Virus record (IMG/VR): IMGVR_UViG_3300027278_000003
Source of the DNA: a virus
Taxonomy: Duplodnaviria > Caudoviricetes
DNA: 64,000 bases
Strand: one strand, 5' to 3'
Numbering within the stretch: the stretch's first letter is position 1; each line of letters begins with the position of its first letter. Below the pieces are notes generated by a model. It ran no database searches and was not told where the DNA came from. It worked only from the letters and a program-made list of their open reading frames with translations. The translations under genes were made by a program, and so were the position numbers. Shown here piece after piece: positions 56,494 to 63,905 of this stretch.

Positions 56494-56652
56494 CGACGAA
56501 CTACTAAAGCAATTCATTAAGATGCGCAAGTGGAGTAAACCCACCTATGAGCAAATGATGGAATATCTTGAAATATACTCGGAATTGACTATTCGAGGTG
56601 CGATATCTGACTAAAGTCATAAATAAAAGTATAAGATAATTAAAGGAAAGTT

Positions 56653-56724
56653 ATGACATACGAACTTGTTACATCGCAAACATCAACAACACTGGGTAAT
56701 AACCCAGCGAATGATGCTGTGTGA
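56653..56724 (+). CDS. Putative leader peptide MTYELVTSQTSTTLGNNPANDAV (all 5 Thr codons are ACA)
   Basis: AAGGAAAG RBS; late promoter TAAATA at 56620; followed by competing hairpins. Confidence 0.45.
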   Translation: MTYELVTSQTSTTLGNNPANDAV

Positions 56725-56725
56725 C

Positions 56726-56790
56726 AGGGCGTAGACGATAACTAGACTAAAAGTTACGAAACGCCCTCAGAAAAAAATCTGAGGGTTTTT
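56726..56790 (+). terminator. Intrinsic terminator overlapped by an alternative (antiterminator-like) hairpin
   Basis: CCCTCAG(56764)/CTGAGGG(56779)+TTTTT; AGGGCGT(56726) pairs with ACGCCCT(56761). Confidence 0.7.
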
Positions 56791-56801
56791 CATTTTTTAT
56801 G

Positions 56802-57244
56802 TTGACGAATCATAAAGAATGAACTAAATTATATAAATGTGATGGTCACTGACACAAACCAAAACATCGGGTTGTTCCGTAACGGACACGTGAGAGGTCA
56901 CGGTTAGCTTCTCATTCAGAGTATCCGACAGCGTTAAGGTCGGGCGGGGAGCGTCACTCATTATGATACACGCAAACTGACATTTGGGGAAAAATCTGTC
57001 CCGTGGTGGCGACCACATCTGAAAAAAGTTCTTGACGAATCGGATAAGTTTTGATAAGTTAAGAAAGTTGCGAGAGGGCAAAGGCTAGTAACCAGATGCA
57101 CTCGTAACAAAAAAGAAAAAAAGTTCTTGACAAAGACAAAATAGTTTGTTAGAGTGAGGAACATCAGAAGCGAAACGTGAGTTTCAAAAAAACTTCTGAA
57201 AAAGAAAAAAAGTTCTTGACAAAGACATTAAGTTTTGTTAGAGT
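56802..57244 (+). promoter_or_regulatory. Four tandem sigma70 promoters driving the ncRNA/tRNA locus
   Basis: TTGACG-N17-TAAATT (56802); TTGACG-N17-TAAGTT (57032); TTGACA-N17-TAGAGT (57127 and 57216, duplicated with A-tract UP elements). Confidence 0.75.
56837..57020 (+). ncRNA. Unidentified multi-stem RNA
   Basis: Non-coding; stems GTGATG/CGTCAC, TGAGA/TCTCA, TCCGAC/GTCGGG, GTGGT/ACCAC. Confidence 0.4.
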
Positions 57245-57252
57245 TAGGAACA

Positions 57253-57578
57253 CGCTGTTTGAAAATTTAGAATGTCTTAATCTTCTAGACTTCGGTCGAT
57301 AATGAAGATGGAAACAGATTTTATCTGTTTTCAATTGTGTATTAAGAGCAAAGAAACGTGACAGGTAGGTAGGCTCCTAGGAGTAACGAACCCGTAAAAT
57401 CCTGGTGAGGGACCGAGCGTTGACGAATATGCAATTGTAAACAGAGTTTAAAAACGGCACCTGAGAACGAGTTGCTAGGCAGAAGTTGAACCGTGAAGAT
57501 GGCAGAAGTTCAACTACTCAGTAGAGGGTCACCTATACAAAGCCGTTTTTGTCTATTGCCTGGTGAACAATAGACAAA
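57253..57578 (+). ncRNA. Unidentified structured RNA(s) in the tRNA leader
   Basis: GAC-TTCG-GTC tetraloop, GAAACAGAT/ATCTGTTTT, AAAAACGGC/GCCGTTTTT, AGTTGAAC/GTTCAACT, TTGTCTATTG/CAATAGACAA. Confidence 0.45.
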
Positions 57579-57585
57579 TTTTTAT

Positions 57586-57661
57586 TCCCAGATAGCTCAG
57601 TCGGTAGAGCAAATGACTGTTAATCATTGGGTCGGCGGTTCGAGCCCGTCTCTGGGAGCCA
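57586..57661 (+). tRNA. tRNA-Asn(GTT)
   Basis: Acceptor TCCCAGA/TCTGGGA, anticodon loop CT-GTT-AA, GGTTCGA, encoded CCA. Confidence 0.95.
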
Positions 57662-57666
57662 ATATT

Positions 57667-57756
57667 GGAGGGGTGGCAGAGTGGTTGATTGCACCGGTCT
57701 TGAAAACCGGCGTAGGCGAAAGTCTACCGTGGGTTCAAATCCCACCCTCTCCGCCA
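57667..57756 (+). tRNA. tRNA-Ser(TGA)
   Basis: CCGGT-CT-TGA-AA-ACCGG, long variable arm, CCA. Confidence 0.95.
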
Positions 57757-57758
57757 AA

Positions 57759-57980
57759 TTGGCCCTTATAGCTCAGTTGGTAGAGCAACGAGGTTATTCA
57801 TGTGAATGTTGTGGTATAAGCGAATGGCAGGGTAAACCAATCGTTTTAGAATGCGATCATATTGATGGCAATCACAAAAACAATACACCTGAAAACTTAC
57901 GATTAATTTGCCCAAATTGTCACAGTCAGACGGAAACCTATAAAAACAAAAACATAGGTAAAGGTAGATCGTATAGATAA
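57759..57980 (+). mobile_element. HNH homing-endonuclease domain/remnant fused in frame to the tRNA fragment
   Basis: RGYSCECCG..W.GKPIVLECDHIDGNHKNN..ENLRLICPNCHSQT. Confidence 0.8.
57762..57787 (+). pseudogene. 5' tRNA fragment (nt 1-26), identical to the start of tRNA-Thr at 58050
   Basis: GCCCTTATAGCTCAGTTGGTAGAGCA is an exact 26-bp direct repeat. Confidence 0.85.
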
Positions 57981-58049
57981 AATTTAAATTTTAGCGTATT
58001 AGGAACAACTTTTCGTTCTAAATGCTAAATAATTATATACGAAGATAAT

Positions 58050-58167
58050 GCCCTTATAGCTCAGTTGGTAGAGCAGTTGATTTGAAAGCACACGCGATAA
58101 CGATAGGTTCACAAGGTGTGTTTTCGTAATCATCAGGTCCGCGGTTCGAGTCCGTGTGAGGGCACCA
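58050..58167 (+). tRNA. tRNA-Thr (TGT, or CGT) interrupted by a 42-nt hairpin in the anticodon loop
   Basis: Acceptor GCCCTTA/TGAGGGC-A-CCA, normal D and T arms; removing 58084-58125 gives a canonical 76-nt tRNA with loop TT-TGT-AA. Confidence 0.8.
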
Positions 58168-58177
58168 TTCTTCTTAT

Positions 58178-58262
58178 GCGGATATGGCGAAATTGGTAGA
58201 CGCACTAGATTTAGGTTCTAGCGGGGTAACTCGTGGGGGTTCAAGTCCCTCTATCCGCACCA
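58178..58262 (+). tRNA. tRNA-Leu(TAG)
   Basis: CTAGA-TT-TAG-GT-TCTAG, variable arm, CCA. Confidence 0.95.
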
Positions 58263-58362
58263 AAAAATTTAATACCTCTGTGTCCAAATCATCATGAAAT
58301 GGTTCACAGTAAATATAAAAATGAAGTTACGCCTTTAATAGAAAGGCAAATTTCAGAAAAGT

Positions 58363-58436
58363 GGGGAATTGGTGAAGCGGGATCACGCTAGATTTGCATT
58401 CTAGAATCACGAGTTCGATTCTCGTATTCTCCACCA
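58363..58436 (+). tRNA. tRNA-Ala(TGC)
   Basis: G3:U70 pair, A73, CTAGA-TT-TGC-AT-TCTAG, CCA. Confidence 0.9.
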
Positions 58437-58455
58437 AACATATACTGGAAATTGT

Positions 58456-59196
58456 ATGAAGTATCGCTTGCCGTTCACAAAAGAAACTACATATACTAGA
58501 CATGGCTGGTTTCAATATGCTATGGTACTAAGTTTACCATTTTCTTTTTATTTTTTAACATTAGAACAATGGGTATACAGTCTTTTAGTCGGCTATGTGT
58601 TAGCTATAATTGGTCAAATTGTAGGTCACCATAGATATTTCAGCCATAGAAGTTTTAAACTAAACATCTTTTGGCACTATGTTTTATGTTACTTAACAAC
58701 AGTATTATCTATCGGTAGTGTATTAGAGTGGAGAAGAATGCATCTAGCGCATCACAAATACTCAGATACACAATATGATCCACATTCACCAACGTATAAA
58801 GGTATTTTAAAAGTATTTTTTATATCATGGTTTGATTACCCACAGGGTGTGGCTATCTCCGAAGAATCTGAAAAACTTAAATCAGAAAAAGGTATAGTAT
58901 TCTTTCATACATACTATGTATATATTATACTTTTTCATATTGCAATAGTTTCATTGATTGATCCTAAGTTGCTTTATGCTTTATACTTTTTCCCTCCGTT
59001 TCTTGCGTTAAGTATGGGTTCACTAGTGAATTCTCTTTTACACAATGAAAATGGACCGAAAGACAACATATTACTTGCATTTATTGCAGGAGGCGATGGT
59101 TATCATGCAATTCATCACGAAAAACCGTATTTGGCAACCTATCCTTTCCCAGATTTAGCAGGAATGATCATATCATTGATTAAAAAGAAAGAATAG
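58456..59196 (+). CDS. Membrane fatty-acid desaturase (delta-9 type)
   Basis: His boxes HHRYFSH, HLAHHKYSD..DPHSP, YHAIHH; TM segments. Confidence 0.85.
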   Translation: MKYRLPFTKETTYTRHGWFQYAMVLSLPFSFYFLTLEQWVYSLLVGYVLAIIGQIVGHHRYFSHRSFKLNIFWHYVLCYLTTVLSIGSVLEWRRMHLAHHKYSDTQYDPHSPTYKGILKVFFISWFDYPQGVAISEESEKLKSEKGIVFFHTYYVYIILFHIAIVSLIDPKLLYALYFFPPFLALSMGSLVNSLLHNENGPKDNILLAFIAGGDGYHAIHHEKPYLATYPFPDLAGMIISLIKKKE

Positions 59197-59213
59197 TATA
59201 AATAAACGTATAA

Positions 59214-59288
59214 GCGGGCGTAGCTCAGTGGTAGAGCGTCACCTTGCCAAGGTGAGGGTCGTGAGTTCGAATCTCATCGCCCGCTCCA
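59214..59288 (+). tRNA. tRNA-Gly(GCC)
   Basis: GCGGGCG/CGCCCGC-T-CCA, TCACC-TT-GCC-AA-GGTGA. Confidence 0.95.
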
Positions 59289-59366
59289 AATTCCTAGCAT
59301 ATGATTTGACTATGCCATTCGGGTAACATACTTCCCGTTGAAACAATCACAAAAGTCACTGCTTTA

Positions 59367-59442
59367 GGGAGATTAGCTCAGTTGGTAGAGCGTCTCGTTT
59401 ACACCGAGAATGTCAGGAGTTCGAGTCTCTTATCTCCCACCA
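59367..59442 (+). tRNA. tRNA-Val(TAC)
   Basis: GGGAGAT/ATCTCCC-A-CCA, TCTCG-TT-TAC-AC-CGAGA. Confidence 0.95.
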
Positions 59443-59496
59443 TTTCACTTTCTCAAATCAGATAAATACCGTATAAGTTCTTTATGGGAGAAAGTC

Positions 59497-59757
59497 ATGA
59501 TCAAGCGTACAGGTTTAGCAAAAAGAGTGTCGGCGAAAGCGGCTCCTACTAAAAACGTATCTACACGTAAAAAAACAATTACAAAAACTGTCGAAGCAGA
59601 GGCTGCGCCAATGTTTACATTTAACATCACTGCTGGTGTTGAAAATCTAGGTTCAGTTATTGAAGCAAACGAAGAAGCAGCACTTGCGAAAGCAAGAAAG
59701 AAATTCGGCGCGCCATTAAATTATGGTGTGTTCCAATATACAGCAAAGCGTGTATAA
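59497..59757 (+). CDS. Small Lys/Ala-rich late protein
   Basis: GGGAG RBS; TAAATA at 59463. Confidence 0.6.
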   Translation: MIKRTGLAKRVSAKAAPTKNVSTRKKTITKTVEAEAAPMFTFNITAGVENLGSVIEANEEAALAKARKKFGAPLNYGVFQYTAKRV

Positions 59758-59897
59758 TTAAAGTTTCCAAACGTCAGTTGACGGCGTGACTGTTAGGAGA
59801 GACTAACATTTAAACTACATTTATGTGACGTAACCTTACTTAGAGTATGAAGTGCGTATCACCGAAACTTCCCAAGACATTCTAAATTTTTAAACAC

Positions 59898-59974
<77 letters not shown>

Positions 59975-59983
59975 TTTTTAATT

Positions 59984-60010
59984 GCGGTTGTAGCTCAGTT
60001 GGTTAGAGCA
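59984..60010 (+). pseudogene. Second orphan 5' tRNA fragment (acceptor 5' strand plus D arm)
   Basis: GCGGTTGTAGCTCAGTTGGTTAGAGCA, then breaks off before tRNA-Asp. Confidence 0.7.
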
Positions 60011-60019
60011 TTAAATAAA

Positions 60020-60094
60020 GGACTGTTGGTTTATCGGTTAGAATTCTCGCCTGTCACGCGAGGGAGACGGGTTCGATTCCCGTACAGTCCGCCA
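60020..60094 (+). tRNA. tRNA-Asp(GTC)
   Basis: GGACTGT/ACAGTCC-G-CCA, CTCGC-CT-GTC-AC-GCGAG. Confidence 0.93.
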
Positions 60095-60166
60095 TTAATA
60101 AGATATACTATGACAAATACCGGTACCGTTTGTGGAAAGTGATAACAGTTATAGTATATCTTTTAT

Positions 60167-60241
60167 GGCCCGTTCGTCTATCGGTTAGGACGCTAGGTTT
60201 TCAACCTAGAAAGAGGGGTTCGATTCCCCTACGGGCTACCA
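60167..60241 (+). tRNA. tRNA-Glu(TTC)
   Basis: GGCCCGT/ACGGGCT-A-CCA, CTAGG-TT-TTC-AA-CCTAG. Confidence 0.93.
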
Positions 60242-60254
60242 ATCATTATACTAA

Positions 60255-60288
60255 ATATCATCATGAAAGATATATCATCATGAAAGAT
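60255..60288 (+). repeat. 17-bp tandem duplication ATATCATCATGAAAGAT spanning a start codon
   Basis: 60255-71 and 60272-88. Confidence 0.85.
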
Positions 60289-61362
60289 TTAAAACAGTTG
60301 CAAGAACACTACGGATGTTCTCTGCCTTTTATCAACCAATACGTAGTAAAAGACCCAAAAGGTTACTCTGTTAAGCCTTGTTGCATGTCAACTGTTACCC
60401 CACCAGAGTATGTTGATACCTATAAAGAATTAAAAAATCATAAAATTATAGAAGAAACCCAAAATGCTTTTCTAGAAAAGCGTTGGCCTTCCACCTGTAC
60501 GATTTGTAAACTAGACGAAAGCGCCGGAGAACGCAGCTACAGGCAGAGCATGTGGTACAGACATATAAACCACTTTGAAACCAAAAAATTAGTATGGGAT
60601 CTACGGTTTGATAACGTTTGTAATCTAAAATGTATAATGTGTAACCCTAGTAACAGCAGTAAATGGAACGAAGATTTAGACATTTACAACCAATTCAATG
60701 ATACAAATATTGTAGAACATTTTACCCGAAAAACATCAGACATTGACGACATATTAAATGAATGCAGAAACACCGCAATTGAGATAAACCTATTGGGCGG
60801 TGAACCATTTTATAGCAAGAATACGTTTGATTTCATAGAACGACTTTCGGCTAATGTATGGAATACTGAAAATACTGAATTAATATTCGTCAGCAATGGG
60901 AACGGGTTGAACAACAAATGGATAGAATTGTTAAAGCGTTTCCGAAAAATATCAATAATGTTAAGTTTAGATGGTGTAGGTGAGTTAGCAAACTACATAA
61001 GATACCCAACCGATTGGGATCAATATTTAAAAAATGTTGACATTATAAAAGAGAACAATTGGAATCTAGCGTTTAATATAACTTGGAGTGCGTTAAATCT
61101 ATATCAACATAATGAAATCATAGAGTTTTGTAAACAAAATCATATAAGACGCAGAAATAACATTTTACATAATCCAAATTATCTAGGCTTTAATGCACTA
61201 AAAAATTTGAAGCCTATAGGTGTTAAAAACATAGATTACTACATAGAAAACCACCACGAGTACGATGATACTCTAAATAAAAAATTAAAAAACTATCTAG
61301 AAACATTGGACGCCAAACGAAACTTGAATAGTAAAAATTTAATGCCATGGTGCTGGGAATGA
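60280..61362 (+). CDS. Radical SAM protein with N-terminal SPASM/twitch-type Cys domain (paralog of 15712)
   Basis: CSLPF..KPCC..C..CK; CNLKCIMC; GGEP; SNG; SLDG..NYIRYP; start corrected to exclude tRNA-Glu. Confidence 0.85.
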   Translation: MKDLKQLQEHYGCSLPFINQYVVKDPKGYSVKPCCMSTVTPPEYVDTYKELKNHKIIEETQNAFLEKRWPSTCTICKLDESAGERSYRQSMWYRHINHFETKKLVWDLRFDNVCNLKCIMCNPSNSSKWNEDLDIYNQFNDTNIVEHFTRKTSDIDDILNECRNTAIEINLLGGEPFYSKNTFDFIERLSANVWNTENTELIFVSNGNGLNNKWIELLKRFRKISIMLSLDGVGELANYIRYPTDWDQYLKNVDIIKENNWNLAFNITWSALNLYQHNEIIEFCKQNHIRRRNNILHNPNYLGFNALKNLKPIGVKNIDYYIENHHEYDDTLNKKLKNYLETLDAKRNLNSKNLMPWCWE

Positions 61363-61387
61363 TATTTGGCAGTAGCTAAATATCAAT

Positions 61388-62935
61388 ATGAATTCAAAAA
61401 TGTCAGATATTGTTATATTCTCGGAAAGTAGAGTTGATATGAATGGGCTGGGATCTCGCAGTTGGGGATCTTATAGTATAGCCTCACATTTTCGTTCTAT
61501 AGGTTTTTCAACTCAAGTAATTGATTACATATACAATATGAGCCATGAAGAATTAGAGAGAGCAATCAAAAAATATGTTTCATCTGATACCAAAGTTGTT
61601 GGGATTGGCGCAGCATATTGGGAATTTTATCCAAACCATATCTTGCAACAGCTTTCTAAAATTTCAAAACTAATAATTGAATTTTCAAAAAATATAAACC
61701 CAAACATAAAAGTCATAGCTGGTGGTCCTAGTGTGAGAATTTTTCTGAGAGAAAACTTCCCCAAAGTTGATGCCATTTTCGAAGGCTTTTCAGAAAGTGA
61801 TTCTAAAAAATATCTAGAACACGTGTTCAATAATACGCCGAAACCGTTAGAAAATAGTATTGTTAGAAATACTTCAATTTATAATAATGTAGTGGGTGAA
61901 CAGAGTTTTTTCTCAAAAAGTAAAACTTCATATGTGGAACATGACTACATATTGAAAAATGAAGTTCCCATACTAGAAATAGGCAGAGGTTGCATATTCA
62001 ATTGTAAATTTTGTAGTTTTGCGCTTAAAGGTAAGAAGAAGTTAGATTACATAAAAGATCAATCGCTGTTACGGGATGAGTTAATAGAAAATTACGAAAA
62101 GTATGGCATGGATAAGTACATCTTTGTGGATGATACTTTCAACGATAGCCAATACAAACTAGATGAATTGTACAAAACTTTTTCTTCATTGCCATTTAAA
62201 ATGAACTTTTCTGCATTTTTGAGACTTGACTTGTTGAACGCACACCAAGATCAAATTCAACAGTTACAGGAAATGGGGTTAACGTCTACATTTTTTGGAG
62301 TAGAAACATTTCACTATCAAGCGGCAAAAGAAATTGGTAAGGGCATTCACCCAGATAAAGTAAAAGAGCTACTTCATAGGCTCACATCAGTAGATTGGAA
62401 GGACAAAGTTAAAGTAGCCATCACATTACTTATTGGTTTACCACATGAAACCTACGAATCACACGAAGAAACACTAAAATGGATTTTAGACGAAAACAAT
62501 TTAGTAAATCAAGTTGTCCCACATCCACTGATAATACAAGATCCCAAAACACTAATAATACCGGAACAATATCCAAATGTGAGTAAATATCAATTAGAAT
62601 CCGAAAAGTATGGATTTTATTGGAAAGATGACCCGCTTGAATGGCATAATCACATCGGTCCTGTGAAATCTAGACAGGAAACTCTGCAACTATATGCAAG
62701 ATACATAGAAGCGGTGAAGCGCAGTAACCGAGCAATTCAGGGCGGATTTAACTTGCATAGATTATGGCCACTGGTTAAAGTTTATAAACCAAATTTAGAA
62801 TACGATGACTTACTAAAAATGTCAAGGAAAGAATTCGATGACCTGTCTACATACCTATTAGAAAAAGACATGGTAGAATCAACTTTAGTCAACACTTATA
62901 AGAGAAAATTATTAGAAGATGACCGGACCCTATAA
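61388..62935 (+). CDS. B12-binding-domain radical SAM enzyme
   Basis: IAGGP; EIGRGCIFNCKFCSF; FVDDTF; FFGVETF; LIGLPHET. Confidence 0.85.
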   Translation: MNSKMSDIVIFSESRVDMNGLGSRSWGSYSIASHFRSIGFSTQVIDYIYNMSHEELERAIKKYVSSDTKVVGIGAAYWEFYPNHILQQLSKISKLIIEFSKNINPNIKVIAGGPSVRIFLRENFPKVDAIFEGFSESDSKKYLEHVFNNTPKPLENSIVRNTSIYNNVVGEQSFFSKSKTSYVEHDYILKNEVPILEIGRGCIFNCKFCSFALKGKKKLDYIKDQSLLRDELIENYEKYGMDKYIFVDDTFNDSQYKLDELYKTFSSLPFKMNFSAFLRLDLLNAHQDQIQQLQEMGLTSTFFGVETFHYQAAKEIGKGIHPDKVKELLHRLTSVDWKDKVKVAITLLIGLPHETYESHEETLKWILDENNLVNQVVPHPLIIQDPKTLIIPEQYPNVSKYQLESEKYGFYWKDDPLEWHNHIGPVKSRQETLQLYARYIEAVKRSNRAIQGGFNLHRLWPLVKVYKPNLEYDDLLKMSRKEFDDLSTYLLEKDMVESTLVNTYKRKLLEDDRTL

Positions 62936-63209
62936 AACAAAATTCCCACAACAAGCATACAAGCCTAAGTTCAAACAAAAAGAACTTATTCAGATTGCGC
63001 GTAAAATTTGTAGCACACCTGAAGGTTATAAAAGTGACATTGATCCTGTAGAATTCGAATGGAAACCAAAGCGGGGTATCGTGTTGCTACACATGCAGTA
63101 CGCCGAACCCATTGAAGCACAGCAGACTTGGACTTTAGCATTTCCTATCGAACCATTTGAAATTGGTTATGACAAATGGGTGGAGAGTTTAAAAAATGAA
63201 AATACATAA
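62919..63209 (+). CDS. Hypothetical protein
   Basis: ORF track, overlaps the previous stop. Confidence 0.55.
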   Translation: MTGPYKTKFPQQAYKPKFKQKELIQIARKICSTPEGYKSDIDPVEFEWKPKRGIVLLHMQYAEPIEAQQTWTLAFPIEPFEIGYDKWVESLKNENT

Positions 63210-63393
63210 TTATATAATTCGATCAATTTTGATCGCTACTGCGATAGCGTTGCTAATTTCCATATTTGCTATAGCACTAATTATTTTACCATTCTTGATT
63301 GTTTTGTCAGTTTTAGTAGCATCATTGCTCTATGTATGGGTTATAATAGAAAATAAAAAACCTTACATCTTTGGTGAAAAACTGACATTTTAA
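63196..63393 (+). CDS. Small hydrophobic membrane protein
   Basis: About 45 consecutive hydrophobic residues; GGAG RBS. Confidence 0.5.
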   Translation: MKIHNYIIRSILIATAIALLISIFAIALIILPFLIVLSVLVASLLYVWVIIENKKPYIFGEKLTF

Positions 63394-63905
63394 GAAGTTA
63401 AAAAAATGTCATGGTAGTTTGAAAGTACTTCATCCCACGTATATGGTATGTTCAATTGAAGGAAATACCTATCTTTTTTTACGTCCGGGACTCCATGACG
63501 GATTTTGGCATTTATAATAGTGGGACATCTATATGTGTGTCGTGCAATTTCATTCTTATTTTTATCTATGAATATTATATCCGCAGGATAATCTGTGAGT
63601 GGAAACATCAGAACTACATTTCTAAATATGTCTTTGTGGAATGGCATTTCGCCGCCAGCGAGAAGTTTATTGTATTTGAATTGTTTTATGTCTCGTATTT
63701 CTGGTGAGAGTTGGTCTAAGATATCAGTGAATATAGAAACTTCGTCCTTGTCTTCTAAGTATACATCAAAATAATTCATTTTACTTGTATCAACTCCGCT
63801 TCTAGAATAAAGAGGGTTTGGTTGCCAATTTAATTTATGTTGATATTCAAAAATTCGTTCTTTGTCATACTTCAATGATGGTATTTCTAATACATAATCG
63901 TCCAT
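63390..63905 (-). CDS. DSBH / 2OG-Fe(II) oxygenase-like protein
   Basis: MPFHKD...VLMFPL...RHGVP...RYFLQL; GGAG RBS. Confidence 0.6.
   Translation of the reverse strand: MDDYVLEIPSLKYDKERIFEYQHKLNWQPNPLYSRSGVDTSKMNYFDVYLEDKDEVSIFTDILDQLSPEIRDIKQFKYNKLLAGGEMPFHKDIFRNVVLMFPLTDYPADIIFIDKNKNEIARHTYRCPTIINAKIRHGVPDVKKDRYFLQLNIPYTWDEVLSNYHDIFLTS

Noticed and set aside
56837-57578. tmRNA, RNase P, SRP, 6S or cobalamin/SAM riboswitch identity for the leader RNAs
   Set aside because: Diagnostic consensus strings (for example GAGGAAAGUCC, the SRP GGAA loop motif, tRNA-like tmRNA ends) were not found by eye
57627-57980. 117-aa ORF as listed in the track
   Set aside because: The first 44 codons run through tRNA-Asn and tRNA-Ser; only the HNH part is protein-like
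58084-58125. Group I or II intron in tRNA-Thr
   Set aside because: 42 nt is far too short, with no P/Q/R/S core or domain V, and a U|...G| register does not restore a 7-nt loop
60130-60279. N-terminal extension of the radical SAM ORF (and similarly 59410-59496)
   Set aside because: Reads through tRNA-Glu (or tRNA-Val); better starts are at 60280 and 59497
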